NCBI GenBank assembly: GCA_951406725.2
Contig: OX597818.1
Location: forward strand, 133,672,001 to 133,736,000
Length of the DNA: 64,000 nucleotides
From: Octopus vulgaris
Lineage: Eukaryota
Direction: 5' to 3'
Part shown: in pieces, positions 40,929-55,559 of the stretch
Layout: the number at the start of each line of letters is the position of its first letter
Position numbering within the stretch: position 1 is the stretch's first letter
Translations under genes and position numbers: made by a program
Notes under the pieces: generated by a model
Seen by the model: the letters and a program-made list of their open reading frames with translations, nothing else
Databases searched by the model: none
What the model was told of the DNA's origin: nothing

Positions 40929-42108
40929 TGGTCACAAAATACTAACTTCCCATGAAACATGACATAGCTGCTAAAACCATTTACAGTGTTATATACAGGA
41001 AGGCATGTCCTAAAGAAACACCAGAACCAGAAACTATTAAATAAAATAAAGAATAAAAGCCCATTCCTGATGCAGTTTTGCCTTCAGAGTGTTGAGCGAA
41101 GCATGCGAAGTGCTCGAGACTCTTGTCGCCAAACTGGACCAAACAGAAAAATTCAATGGATTTAGATCAGGACTTCTTGAGGGCCATACATTCTTGCCTA
41201 TGAACAATGGAATGTTTTTCTAAATGGGGCTGTGGGATGGTGTCGAATCCTGTTTGAGGCTTCAAGCTCATTTGCCTATGGAAGCAGTTCAGCTTCCAGA
41301 ATGTTGCTAATGTATCGCTTGGTGTTAATTTTAACACCCAAGGGCACAAAAATGATGGGAGACCTTCCATCGGCTGTCACAGCAACCCAAACCATAGCTG
41401 ACTGCGAATACGTCAGTTTGCAAGTCTACACTTGATAGAGGCAGAGTTGGTCATTCTGGTCGTTTACTGCCTCTTCGATATCAAATTTCTTTTCATTAGT
41501 GAACACTAGTTTGGGTGGCAGTGGATCATCTTGTAGGGGTGGGTCTTAAGATCCTCCTTCAGCACTTGATATATCGATGTACAGCTTATTTTTGCTGTGG
41601 TAGCTAGTTATCTGGTAGAATGACAAGGATTTTGCCATATCTTTTTTCTGGTATTTTTGATAAGCTGAGGGATCTGCACACTTCTTTTTCAGCCATGTCT
41701 AGGTTGATCAGCAGTGGAACCAGTCTCTTGAAATTTCTTGACAATTTTCTAGACTGTTTGGTTAATTTTAAACTTTTTTGCTATAGCTGTATTACTTTCA
41801 CCTCCTTTGTGGAAGGTTATGATTATATTTTGGTCTATAGCCATTATCTAATTTATAAAGCTGAATCTATTTAGTATAAACAAAGAGAAGATACACTAAG
41901 CTTTTATAATGATGTATAATTTTCATATCTTATCACACATATTGATAGTTATTAAAGCCAAAAACTTTGGTTGCCTTAATTTCAGAACACTCTGTATTGT
42001 ATTTAATCAGTACATATTTTTGTTATTTTTTCTAGAAGAGTTATACTGTTGTTGTTTAATCCTGAGTGTAGTGTCATTAAATAGCAGAGGTCTATAAGTT
42101 TGTGACCA
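40929..42108 (-). mobile_element. Decayed maT/DD37D-like (Tc1/mariner superfamily) transposon; transposase remnant about 41065-41810
   Basis: Minus: IVKKFQETGSTADQPRHG*KRSV...LKEDLKTHPYK; LVFTNEKKFDIEEAVNDQND; MVWVAVTADGRSPIIFVPLGVKINTKRYISNIL; KQDSTPSH; WPSRSPDLNPLNFSVW. Candidate TIR remnants TGGTCACAAA (40929) and TTTGTGACCA (42099). Confidence 0.8.
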
Positions 42109-42989
42109 TTTTCACAGATTTTCCAAATTAAAATTTATACATGTAAATATCAAGACATTCTAAGGCAGCAATCTGTCAGAATCATTAGCACACCAGGGGA
42201 AATGCTTAGCAGTATTTTGTCTGTCTTTGTGTTCTGAGTTTCAAATTCGACTAGGGTCAATTTTGCTTTCTCATTTTTGGTGGGGGAGTCAATAAAATAA
42301 GTACCAGCTGAACACCGGAGCCAATGAAATCAACTTCACCCCTTCTCCAAAACTGCTGGCATTGTGCCAAACTTTGAAACCAATATTAAGACATTCACCA
42401 GAAAAAGTGGATACAAAATCTTTCAATGTTCCCCTAATTAAGGAAATTACAACTACTTTTCCACATTAGCTGCAATCAGTGGACAGACATTTTATTAGAA
42501 ATGTTAACAAATTTGACATTTTATTATAGAGGAGTGGAAGGAGGTAGTCATAATAACCACAGTAGCAAGAGAACTAAGTTTAAAACTTGTCAAAAATCAG
42601 TTTCAACACTTTATTGTTACCCATAATTTTGTTGATTTCACCTTTTTACCTAATGTGAACTCCTACTGCAATGTTTTCATTTTTGTTTTGTCTTCAAAGA
42701 CTTGTTCTCTTATAGTAAATAAAAGAAATTGTTCTTTTTGTGTGATTTTTAATGGAATTGGTGTTTTGCTTGTTTTGATTATGCTTCTTGTTGAGGAATA
42801 CCTCATGGTCTTAGGTGAGAAACATTATTTACCTGATGTAGAAAAGTTTTTCTGCTCTTATGCTTTTACACATTTTATTGGAAACTTTCTAGAAAATTCA
42901 TGCTGAACCGAGAGACATGCTTTCTGCACATTATCTACTCCAAGTTTTTTTTAGGCTTCTTTTAAGATTTTTTTTTTTTTGTCACAAGG

Positions 42990-43560
42990 TTCCAGTAATA
43001 ACTGGTCATATCACTTTGAATCTACAAACTTGGCTAACATTTCCATGCACTCTTTTACTAATACAGTGATGCAGTGTTTATACTCTTTTTGTGCTAGTCT
43101 CCTGCACTCATGCAGGAGATGCTTAATATTTTCAGATCTTTTTCTACACATTCTGTGTTTCTCTGCCCAAGTTCTATCATTTCCTATCAAATTCATTCCT
43201 GAGCAACTATAATCAGCAATTCAGTTCCTTATTTCAGATTTCCACTTGTCAGTCACAACCAATATTCTTTACTTTAAAAATCCTCAGTTTGTTGCATAAA
43301 TTGGTCAGGCATTTCCTTCTATTTCCAACTATTTGTCTTTTCATTCTTCTTTCTCTTTCTTCAGTTCTCTCACTGTTTTAGTAACTTCACAAATATTTCT
43401 GGCTACAGATAATATTCTTTCTTCACTGTACACAACATAGTTTTTCCCACTCAATATCACAGCACTAATTGTGTCTACGACATTTAACAAAATCTCTGTC
43501 TCCTTCCTATCTAGGTAAATGTAGCCCGTTCATATTATTTTTTGAGTGATATGCATTATA
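42990..43560 (-). mobile_element. Old R4/Dong-type LINE fragment (CCHC zinc-knuckle region)
   Basis: HRMCRKRSENIKHLLHECRRLAQKEYK resembles CRxC...ETIxHIxSxCxxLAQxEYK. Confidence 0.65.
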
Positions 43561-43857
43561 ACCATTATTTTAAGGTGGCAAACTGGTAAAGGCAGTGAGC
43601 TAGCAGAATCTTTAGCAAGCTGGGTAAAATGTTTTGTAGCATTTCATCCATCCTTATGTTCTAAGTTCAAATTTCACTGAGGTCAACTTTGGCTTTCATC
43701 TTTTTAGGGTGGAGGGGGTCAATGAAATAAGTACCAGTTATACACTAGGGCCAATGTAATTGACTAGCCTCCTCCCCCAAAATTTCAAGACTCGTGCCTA
43801 CTGTAGAAAGGACTGTTATTATTATTATTATTATCATTATTATTATTATTATTATTA

Positions 43858-44173
43858 TCATTCACCGTGATCACCATGACCGACCAGGCTATCAGATGTT
43901 GCTACACATCGCTGGTCACAATGCACTTCGCATTGTTTTAGCCTTCAAATGACGCCACCCCGCTGGCTAAGCGAGCAGGCCAACAGAAGAAAGAGTGAGA
44001 GAGAGTTGTGGCGAAAGAGTACAGCAGGGACTGCCACCACCACCCTGCCGGAGCCTCGTGGAGCTTTAGGTGTTTTCGCTCAATAAACACTCACAACGCC
44101 CGGTCTGGGAATCGAAACCGCGATCCTACGACCGCAAGTCCGCTGCCCTAACCACTGGGCCATTGCGCCTCCA

Positions 44174-44174
<1 letters not shown>
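43858..44174 (-). mobile_element. SINE with family B head and alternative tail
   Basis: First ~190 nt match 27895/54420 copies, then the sequence diverges after CTTTCTTCTGTTG; inserted in (TAA)n. Confidence 0.88.
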
Positions 44175-44217
<43 letters not shown>

Positions 44218-44524
44218 GCCATTATTACAAAATTTTTGCAAGAGAAAATTTTGATGAAGCTAATTCAGTACTTGTAAATAGGAACAACAGCACATTTATG
44301 AAAAGAAAAAAGTAATCAAAATCATACAACTTTTAATATATCACAAATGATATTTTTCTACTTTACAAAAACCAAAATCAACTGAAAAAGAAAAATTGGT
44401 TTGTGTTACACATAAAGACATTCAAAATATCTCTAAACAAGCCTATTCATCTGTCGTGGATATTTATTGATGAATAAGTTTCATGACGTTTTCTAAGCAC
44501 ACAGTGTATATACATATGTTTGTG

Positions 44525-44565
44525 TGCATACACACACACACATACTCAAATATATATATACACAA

Positions 44566-44635
<70 letters not shown>

Positions 44636-44650
44636 AATATATACATATAA

Positions 44651-44717
<67 letters not shown>

Positions 44718-44737
44718 TATATATATATATATAAATA

Positions 44738-44800
<63 letters not shown>
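44525..44800. repeat. (CA)n/(TA)n microsatellite
   Basis: Seen directly. Confidence 0.95.
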
Positions 44801-44801
<1 letters not shown>

Positions 44802-45156
44802 TATTAAATATACAAAACAGCAGTATATTTGATATAGCTGCAGTAGATAAGTGAAGAACTCTGAAAAACATCTGCTCTACATCTAATAATAATATAACAC
44901 CAAAAATGGGTTGGGGGAAGAGTGGACAATCAAACAATGATTATTGCCAATAGAATCCCTTAAGAAATGCAAGTGATAAAATACAATTGAATGTAAATAC
45001 AAAGATTTTTATGAATATTAACTTTTTAACAAATTAAAGTATGTGTATGTATGTGTTTAGACATATACATACATGTTTATGCATGAAGTATGGCATGCAG
45101 ATGAGTAAAAGGGAGTCTGTGTGAGCCAATAAGTAAATAGGTGTGTGTGTGTATGT

Positions 45157-45199
<43 letters not shown>

Positions 45200-47631
45200 T
45201 GTGTCTATATTTAATATGAGTATATGTGGCAGAGAAAACTATGTGTGTGTAGGAGTGTATATAAGCATGCCAAGTATATGTGAGTATGTTCTGGCTCAAG
45301 TTATCTTTTATCACATTTTCTGTTTAAATTAAAACAAATACAGCTGAGAAAGTTGGATTTCAATCAAGTATCAATTGGAACTCAAACAAAATAATTATTT
45401 CTCATATGTTCATGCATAAATCTTGAGAATTCCTATTGAATTCTATAGAAAAGTTGATAGCAATGGACACTCTTTTTGCAAAACTTAAAGGAGGCAAACA
45501 TTACAGATAGAATAATTTGGTATATTTATTTGCCAAGAAATATTCAACAAAAACATTAATCTTGCATTCAGAACAATGTGAGCTGATTCAAGTTGAAATA
45601 TACTGTTATAATGTAGAACAACCATTCTGCAATGCCATTTATTGCCATGCATAAGAGTCAATTAGTCTAGGAAAGAGAATGTTTTCAATGAATATGAAGA
45701 AACTCATAGCTATTACTGAAAATATTTATACCAGCAAATATGGAAAAATAAGAATACTGTCTTCTTTTATGATATAAGAAGCTGTATTTACACTAGAAAT
45801 AATGAAACCTTAACAAAAATTCCATTTTAAAAGGCACAGGCTAGGATTCACAAGGTAAATGCAAAGATTTGATAAAACTAGCTCTGAATAATTGAAGCTA
45901 CACACTCTACCCAAGCCTTGGAATGTCATATGATAAAAGATCATTCGTGCATGCGCACGTGCATGCATGCGTGTGTGTGTGTGTGTTGTAGCTGTTTCTT
46001 CAATATGTTGCCAAAGAATTAGCAATTAGTTGCATAATGATCTGAATTTTTTCAATAAGAACACCCTCAAAATACCTTAACGATTATTAAGACATTTTGA
46101 GGGTATTCTATTGAATATGGAACCAGAACAACTAAAATATAACATAATTGCTCTCATTGCAAGAAACAAAGTTCATGTTCCAAAGTTTATTGTATTTTTA
46201 CTTTTAAAACAAAGAGAATATCTAGAAGAAAGTTATTTCTCCTTGAAAAATAAGGGGTTCAATTTAAAAATAACCACCAAGCAAAACGAAACTGCTTGGC
46301 ACTGATAAACTATGTATTATTCTGTTGTGTTATTGAATGGACGATCAGAAATGTCAATAAACATATAAAATATTGATTTATTTTGTCTAGATACATGGTT
46401 TTCTTTTGCCTAGTTGCCACATGTTTTTTTGTAAACAGTTAAATCTATTACGGTATATTACTAATCTTATAATAATTCTGCTTGTCATTCCATTACATAG
46501 CTTGTTGGTAATGCTTTCACATGGTTAGAGAAAAAGGAGAAAGAAAAGAGGGAGAGAGAAGCGTCCATGATGTGAGGTAGAGGCAATGTAATTTCACATG
46601 ATTAGGTGATGGTGGTGATGGTGGTGGTGGTGGTGATGATAATGGAGGTGGCATTGGTGACTGGATAGTGAAAAGCGTATGTTTTTAAAATTGAACTAAG
46701 TTTTTATATCACCTATCACTTAATGCATGCGCATAAGTGCAATTCCATGAAATATTCACACTTATTTGTGTAACAGATATATGCAATTTAACTAAAGGTT
46801 GTATCATATGTATGGGATATTTCTTTGTTTGTTTATGGGGGAAATGGTAAAATAAGAGTGAATATTTATTTTACGAGTGCTGTGTATTAAGTCTATGAAA
46901 CTGTGCATAAAATATATAAAGTGTCTATATAAAATGCATTAAGCAATCATTGTATTCCAATTTCTTTCACTTTTCAATGAGTAATAGATGAGCAACTATC
47001 TTTCCATACAGACACAGCACAGGCCATGCTTTCAGGTTTTCTGGCTAAAGTTTTCAGAAATAACCCAATAGGTATTCCATTAATTCTGTGAAATATTCAC
47101 GAGTCCTGCTAGTAATTATTAACTACCCACTACACTCGCGGAGTGGTTGGCGTTAGGAAGGGCATCCAGCTGTAGAAATACTGCCAGATCAGACTGGAGC
47201 CTGGTGCAGCCCTGGCTTCCCAGACTCCGGTTGAACCGTCCAACCCGTGCTAGCGCGGAAAACGGACGTTAAACGATGATGATGATGATGATGATGATGA
47301 AAGATGAAAGTAAGATTATGAACTTTAACATGAATGTGACAAAATGGCACAGTTGTAAAAGCAACAGAATAAAGAGGCTGCAGTATATATTCTGGTGCTT
47401 TGCATTCCAAGTTCAAATCCCCGACTCTGGTCAACTTTGCTTTTCAGCTTTTCAGGGGACAATAAAAAATGTACCAGTCAAGAGTAGTGGTCTGATGAAA
47501 CTGAGTGCTTTTAACAGAGTCAACTCTGCTACAAACATTCAGGTTGGGTCTTTTGCTTGAGGCTACCTTCTAATAATCTCAGAGGCATTACCATTTCTCC
47601 TGACAATGAAATATTTAAAAAAAATTTAAAT

Positions 47632-48054
47632 AGGTGCAGGAGTGGCTGTGTGGTAAGTAGCTTGCTAACCAACCACATGGTTCCGGGTTCAGTCCCACTG
47701 CGTGGCATCTTGGGCAAGTGTCTTCTGCTATAACCCCGGGCCAACCAATGCCTTGTGAATGGATTTGGTAGACGGAAACTGAAAGAAGCCCATCGTATAT
47801 ATGTATATATATATATGTATGTGTGTGTTTGTGTGTTTGTGTATCTGTGTTTGTCCCCCTAGCATTGCTTGACAACCGATGCTGGTGTGTTTACGTCCCC
47901 GTTACTTAGCGGTTCAGCAAAAAGAGACCGATAGAATAAGTACTGGGCTTACAAAAAGAATAAGTCCCAGGGGTCGATTTGCTCGACTAAAGGCGGTGCT
48001 CCAGCATGGCCACAGTCAAATGATTGAAACAAGTAAAAGAGTAAAAAGAGTAAA
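47632..48054 (+). mobile_element. SINE family A, full length
   Basis: A and B boxes; (GTAAAA(A)GA)n tail. Confidence 0.92.
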
Positions 48055-49262
48055 ATTCAGAGACTATCTATCTTCATAAAAGAAAAAGGATCCACTCAGT
48101 TCTCCTCTGCTTCAATATATTTAGGAGAACACTGTAGTAAGTGTGATAAAATTTGAGACTTTAACAAATTCTGGATTTACTCACACCCTTCCCCTCATAC
48201 ATGACCACCTTTGAGATAATTACTTGCTTCAGATGCCTTTTGCATTTGTTGTTCAACAAGCATACTTTCTATTTTCACACTATACATGTCATTGATTTAA
48301 TACTCTTTAAGCTGATATAACTGCAGAAACACATTTAACAATATGAGACGTATGGAATATAATTTAACAAATCTGTTTTGCTGGTTAGATAATGTAAGTT
48401 TCATACTTAGGCACTGAATGTGGCAAGATAACAATCTATGTGTGACTCAAGAACATTGTATACTGCTTGTAAGAAAGAACGGATAGCTATTGTATGCATG
48501 TGTGCATCTGTATGGCAGTGTATGCATATGCATATATATATATACACACAATGATAATAATGAAAAATTACAAATGAAGAAAACAGATGCAATATACAAT
48601 GCACAAAACTAACTGGGAATGATAACACAAAGGAAAACTACATTGGAGATGCCATTGAAAATCTCGGGTTAAAATGGTTAAGGATAAAATGATGCTGTTA
48701 TGGTGACCATAATGGTGGTGGTGGTGGTGGTGGTGAGTAGGTGGAGGAAGTAAAGAATGCTATCATGTAATGTCATAAAGATGATGATTATGACAATAAT
48801 AATCATTACTATGAAGATGATAATGTTAACAATTATAATGATTATGATGATGATGATGATGATGATGATGATCTCATTCTCATCATCATTTAGTGTCCAT
48901 TTTCCCTGCTGACATGGACTGGACAATCTGACAGGAACTGGCTAGTCAGAAAACTGCATAAGCTCTAATGTCTATTTCTTTATTACCCACAAGGGGCTAA
49001 ACACAGAGGGGACAAACAAGGGCAGACATAGGTATTAAGTCGATTACGTCGACCCCAGTGAGTAACTGGTACTTAATTTATCGACCCCGAAAGGATGAAA
49101 GGCAAAGTCGACCTCGGCGGAATTTGAACTCACAACGTAACGCAGACGAAATACCGCTAAGCTCTAATGTCTGCCTTGGCACGGCATCTACAGCTGGAAG
49201 CCCTTCCTCGTACCAACCACTTTACACAATAACATGTAATCAGGGTAAAGTGTAACCTAAAT

Positions 49263-49779
49263 CAGTGCTACTTCAAAATGGTGGTCCATGGACCAGTGCC
49301 AGTCCACAAGCCATCAGCTGCTGGTATGTGGCAATTTTCCAGAAAAGAAAGAAACATTATAAAATGCTTATGTTATATTGTATTATTTGTTTACAAAATA
49401 AATATACGATAAAAAAATTTGTCAACTTTTATTATATTCATTATATATATTGTTTCCGGTATAAATTAATATTACTAAGAAATATTACTGGTCCGTGGCA
49501 CATTGGTAAAAAAAAAAACTGCCAGTATGCCACATCAAATAGTTTAACCCTTTAGTGTTTAAACCAGCCATATCCGGCCCAAATAATCTACCTGTTTTCT
49601 GTTAAAACTGCCCAGATTTGGTATCTCACACCAACCTATAATGTCAATCTAAAAACAGGTGATAACATCATCGAAATCTTAAAGCTACGAAATAATGCAT
49701 GATTAGCTTAAAACAATATGGATGAATAAATATTATATTTGACAGAATAATCTGAATGCTAAAGGGTTAAGAAGCACTG
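49263..49779. mobile_element. hAT-type MITE carrying a nested TTAA MITE in its right TIR
   Basis: Ends CAGTGCTACTTCAAA and TTAAGAAGCACTG; imperfect 8-bp TSD ACCTAAAT / ATCTAGAT. Confidence 0.7.
49544..49770. mobile_element. piggyBac-type MITE with TTAA TSD
   Basis: TTAA-CCCTTTAGTGTT ... AATGCTAAAGGG-TTAA. Confidence 0.88.
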
Positions 49780-50599
49780 ATCTAGATTACAGTGTAATCT
49801 AGATTTTATAGTTACAGAAAACAATATTAGTGCTAAATGAAATGCTTTTATATGTTTTACTTATCTAGTAATCCATTAATATAAGAATTTCTTCCAACAA
49901 ATTCGCTTTTGAACTTTTATAATTTTAGTTCTGTTTAGCATGAAGATCTTCTACAAATTTAACTTGGTTTCATATAAATTTTAATAAAATGTGTTAAAAA
50001 TTTAAATTGGTTTTCCATTTTAAAGTAAGTATACTATGTAAGCGATGCTTCATGCTAGCCATCATTGAATTATTACAATATTGCTGTACACCATATTTTC
50101 TTGTATAGAATCTATCATATACCTATTTCTTTACTACCCACAAGGGGCTAAACACAGAGTGGACAAACAAGGACAGACAAACGGATTAAGTCGATTATAT
50201 CGACCCCAGTGCGTAACTGGTACTTATTTAATCAACCCCGAAAGGATGAAAGGCAAAGTCGACCTCGGCGGAATTTGAACTCAGAACGTGGCGGCAGGCA
50301 AAACACTTGCTCATTAAGTTGTACTCATGGGAATATTAGAGATAGAGTAGAGAAAGATTTCCAGAGAACTGCAGGTATGTAGGAGGATAAATGGTAAATG
50401 TGTGCTGTGCTGGTTCTAATGGGTGAAAAGAAGTAGAGATGATAAGAAGAACGATGTGTGTGACAGATAGGTCTAGGTAGCAGGAATATGTAGCTACTTG
50501 ATTCAACAAATAAGTTTTTGGTAGAAACTGAAGAGGCACTGAAGAGACTGTGTTTTGAGATAGTGATGCAGTGTTTCGATGAGTCTTTGTCACTCAGCA

Positions 50600-50925
50600 T
50601 GAAGGAGCATGGCTTAGTGGTTAGAGTATTCAGCTCACAATCATAAGGATGTGAGCTCAATTCTTGGCGGTGCATAGTACCTTTGAGCAAAACACTTTAT
50701 TTCACTTTGCTCCAGTTCACTCAGCTGGCAAAAAACAAGTAGTACCTGTATTTCAAAGGGTCAGCCTTATCACATTCTGTATCATGCTGAAACTCCCTGA
50801 GAATGATGTTAAGAGAATGAGTATCTGTGGAGTGCTCAGCCACTTGCACATTTATTTCACAAGCAGGTTGCTCTGTTGATTAAATCAAATGGAACCCTTG
50901 ACGCTGTAACTGATGGGGTGCCAGT
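50600..50925 (+). mobile_element. SINE (C-type core, B-type tail), older copy
   Basis: Colinear with 62897-63219. Confidence 0.8.
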
Positions 50926-51622
50926 TTGTCATTCGGCTAAATAATCCTGTTTGAGGTGCCATATATCTCTGTGTGTATTCAAATATAGGCCTTACATCAG
51001 CTTTATAGAGAGTAAGTAAATGACCATGTTTCTCTAATACTTACCTTATCTGTTTTTGAAGTAAGGATCCCTAATTCCATTCAGCCTTGAAGACATGAGC
51101 AGCAGATAATTTACAGACAGAAGTGCCAACAACAAACCACTCAAGCATGATAACTTTTGTAGAAACTGGTACAATTATCAACAAATGCACAAACAAGACA
51201 CATTCACATTCATGCATGGACATACAAATACATACATGTGTGTGTGTATGTGTGCATGCATGCAAGTGTATATGTGTATGTGTGCATACATGCATGTGTA
51301 TGTGTGTGTATGTACATGTGTGTGTGTGTGTGATAGGGTAGAAAGAGTTCCTTAGCCGTAGTGAAGGCAATCTATCTAGGGAGATAACCTTACAACAAAT
51401 CACTCGGTCCGTAGCTTAGAAATACTGGGTTGACGTCCAGCGGGAACAGCTTTGTTTCATGGAGGAGGAAAGATCTTCTTTAGTACTTGGTTGTACAATG
51501 CTTTCCAATGTGTGTAGTAGCGGCGCACACACACATTATTAGCCATTTGAAAAGACTGTGGAATTTACAATTAACATAGTAAATTCCATTGTCTCGACCA
51601 CGGTCGAACAATGATGATGATG

Positions 51623-51653
<31 letters not shown>

Positions 51654-51834
51654 TGTGTGTTTGTATGTGTGAGTGTGTGATGGACTTCTTTTCCAGTTTC
51701 TAAGTCTGCTTCTGTTCTTTGGTTAAGAATTCATCTCAGAAACAAAAGTAGTTTCCAAAGAGTTATTCATCACCATTGCATAGATAAATACACCTCTTCA
51801 AATCAGTGTATTGAGTACTTCATTTATTGTTTCT

Positions 51835-53580
51835 TTACTTAACGGTAACAAAAGGCCTCTTAGTGTAAAAGGTAGATTTTATGATGCTTGCATGCAAGCC
51901 AAAATGATGCATGATAGTGAAACATGGGCCGTGAATACAGAGGGAACACAAAATCTTGAAAGAAATTAAGCTAGCATGTTCTGCTGGATGTGCACTGTCA
52001 GTAAGCATGCATGACAAAGTGCAAGTATTTTGGTGAAAAGTTGGGCATAAGAAGCTGCAGATGTAGTGTGTAAGACAGAAGACTGCATTGGTATGGTAAG
52101 GAGATGCATATGGATGAGGACAGGTGCATAAAGAAGTGTGGATGGAACCTGTGTAAGACAGAGACCCAGAAAGACATGAAAAGAAGTGGATAGGTATGAC
52201 TATTGGCTATTGATCCTCACAAAGACGATGACAAAGGACCAAGATGACTAACAAGTCTCTGTGCTCTAGAAAACTTGTTCAACTAAGCCAGTGGTTTTCA
52301 GTCATAGTCCATATGGCCCTTGGAGTCAGTATAAGATTTTGCTGTTAAAATTTATCTGCAATAAATTGGTTATTCTTCTACAATACACAAAATATTTTAA
52401 TTTTTTTATACAATTCCTAGTAATATCAAATTACAAAAATGAAATAGGATTTTTTAAAAATCGAATAGCTAGAAGGGTTCATCCAAATAAAATAGGAATC
52501 AAAGGGGGCCCAGAGATTAATTTTTAAAAATGGTTGAGAAAAACTAATCTAAGCAAAAACAAGGCCCTAATAGCAAGTTGTTTCTGTTTATCCCTCTTGT
52601 ACCAGCTTTCTCTCTGATACAAACCTCTTCCCACTCAACCTATCTTCTTAACACCCACTCCTCCATCACTCTCCTAACTACAGCACCACTCAATCAGCTG
52701 CAGTAATTACGAGAATGAATCCACACATATTTCATCACCTGTCCTTATGGGTTCTTTCCCAGGAATCACTGACTTTTTCTCACATATTCTCAGTATCATC
52801 CCATACCTTTAATTTTCCACTAAATACTCCTTTCACTTTCTCTTCCACTGTACACCCACCCCATTATTTTGCCAGCAGCTGCTACCACCATCACCACCAC
52901 CAACATCACCACCACTCATTGCTTCTGTCCATATCCAGCCATTTCCACACTCATGTACCTCTGACTGTCTTCAGCACTCTTCAGGTCTCTTGCACACCAC
53001 CCACACACACTTCACACCATCTTTGTTGTCACCTTATTACCTCTCTGACTGACATCTACTTCCTCCATCTTCTCCCCTAATTGACCATATTTCCATCCAT
53101 GTTCACCACTCACTGCATTTCCCTCTATCCATCTGCCACTTGCCTCTCACACTCCCACGAACTTACACCTCAGTATCACTTCCCCTTCATTCAATTTCTT
53201 GTGACTTGAGGATCTAGTCTCACACATCTTCACCATCATCCCCTTTTTGTTCCATCTGAGAGTAACCATATATCTCCTCTACTGCATGACACCTGTCCTT
53301 GCCTCTCGATCACGTTAACCTCTCATCACTTGGCTTAAAGTTACCTCCACTGATAATACTCCTTATTCAATTGACAGGTCTTGTCTTGTGTGTTGGTGCC
53401 ACATAAAAAGCGCCCAGCACACTGTGTAAAGTGTTTGGCATTAGGAAGAGATTTAGCCATAGAATTCATGCTAAAGCAGATATTGGAGCTTGATGCAGTC
53501 CTCTGGTTCACCAGCTCCAGCTGAAACAGCCAACTGATACCAGCAAGAAGAACAGGCATTGATGATGATGGTGATGATGA
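51835..53580 (+). mobile_element. Decayed RTE-type LINE 3' part (RT C-terminus plus long C-rich 3' UTR), interrupted by a hAT-like MITE at about 52289-52548
   Basis: KGRFYDAC, HDSETWA, RLHWYG and RPRKT motifs homologous to 57700-58150; ends in the family-E tail and (GAT)n. Confidence 0.7.
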
Positions 53581-54419
53581 TAAATGAATTGCAAGAGAGG
53601 AGGAACTTAAAAATAAGTAGGGAAAAAATATGTTCCATCCTTCTAATTAATCTAAATAAAGGTTGAAATATATACACGTACAAAGAAGTTAAATGCCAGA
53701 ATTCTATTAATCTAGCAAGTATCTGATCTGAGATCATGTGCTGAAAGTGAAGCAACTACATTGTGAAAGAACCATTTAATAACAGTCAGTGACTAGGTTA
53801 CAGTCATGTGATGAATAGGTTAACATCTCGTTAAATAAATTTATATTTAAAGCTAATTGAACTTGTTTTTATATTGTTTCATATAATTCTCAAGGTAAGA
53901 GGGCTGACTACTGTACATAATTCCCCCCACAAGAAGAATTGAACTCATTCCTTCCAATGAAGCAATGAAGTTTATCATATTGTGGTACCTACTTAATAAT
54001 TGAATTTCTAATTGGAGTTTGGGACTATTCTTAATTAATGTACAAATTAACATTTAAATATTATTCAAATACAATTAACATTTAAATATTATTCAAATAT
54101 AACTAATAAGGGTAATGTATTTAAATTTATACTTAATTATGATTAATTTATATTTAAATTATTATCTAATTACATGCAAATATAAATTCAAATTTATGCT
54201 TCATTTTATTCAAAATATTTTTTTTATTACTCAAGAATTAAAGCTAACCAAGTTGACAGAGTGTCAATCAATCTATAAGTGAAAAGCTGGATGTTTCATA
54301 TCCCATCTCTGGCCCCCGTGCTGTTTTCATAGGCAACACTTTTAATAACCCTCATGCTACTTCAATCTGCCCCAATGTAAATATGTATCATGCAAAACTA
54401 CAGTTCATAGTGTAAATAG

Positions 54420-54806
54420 TGGAGGCGCAATGGCCCAGTGGTTAGGGCAGCAGACTCGCGGTCGTAGGATCGCAGTTTCGATTCCCAGACCGGGCGTTGT
54501 GAGTGTTTATTGAGCGAAAACACCCAAAGCTCCACGAGGCTCCAGCAGGAGATGGTGGTGATCCCTGCTGTACTCTTTCACCACAACTTTCTCTCACTCT
54601 TACTTCCTGTTTCTGTTGTACCTGTATTTCAAGGGGCCGGCCTTGTCACTCTCTGTGTCACGCTGAATATCCTCGAGAACTACGTTAAGGGTACACGTGT
54701 CTGTGGAGTGCTCAGCCACTTACACGTTAATTTCACGAGCAGGCTGTTCCGTTGATTCGGATCAACCGGAACCCTCATCGTCGTAACCGACCGAGTGCTT
54801 CCACAC
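54420..54806 (+). mobile_element. SINE family B, full length with TSD
   Basis: TSD AGTGTAAATAG at 54409-54419 and 54807-54817. Confidence 0.93.
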
Positions 54807-55101
54807 AGTGTAAATAGAACAGTAGACTTTTGGTGCTAAGTGGGTTTTAATTTTTATCAAACCCATAGATTATAGGATTAAAATCTGGCAGTAGACTGAT
54901 AGAATCATTAAAATGACAAATAAAACTCTGTACTTTTTAGTTCCTTCTTATTTTCTAGGTTCAAATTTTGCCTGACTCAATTTAGCTTCTTGGCTTCTTG
55001 AAGTTGATGAAATAAGCATGAGACAAGCAATGCGGTTGACAAAATCTTCACCTACCTTCCAGAATCTATGGCCTTGTGCTATTATTTTTTTAGAAATCAT
55101 T

Positions 55102-55559
55102 AGGTGCAGGCATGGCTGTATGGTAAAAAGTTTGCTTCCCAAACATATGGTTCTGGGTTCAGTCCCACTGCATAGCATCATGGACAAATGTCTTCTGCTA
55201 TGATCTAAGGCTAACCAAAGCCTTGTCAGTGGATTTGGTAGATGGAAACGGAAAGAAGCCTGTCATATATGCATGTATGTATGTATGTATGTATGTATGT
55301 ACTGACAGACGGACAGACGGACGGATGGACAGACGGACAGACGGACAGACGGACGGATGGACAGACGGACAGACGGACAGACGAATGGACGGACAGATGA
55401 ATGGATGTATTTATGTATGTATGTATATCTATGTGTGTGTGTCTTTGTGTCTGTGTTTGTCCCCCAATCACTGCTTGACAACTGGTGTTGGTGTGTTTAC
55501 ATCCCCCATAACTTAGTGGTTTGGTAAAAAAAGACTGATAAAATAAGTACCAGGCTTTA
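55102..55559 (+). mobile_element. SINE family A, 3'-truncated, with internal (GACG/GACA)n
   Basis: Head and body match family A; terminates in a hairpin at 55542-55571. Confidence 0.85.

Noticed and set aside
51043-51166. Minus-strand exon candidate (CAG acceptor, AG|GTAAGT donor)
   Set aside because: All three frames contain stops, polypyrimidine tract is weak, no partner exons; at most non-coding.
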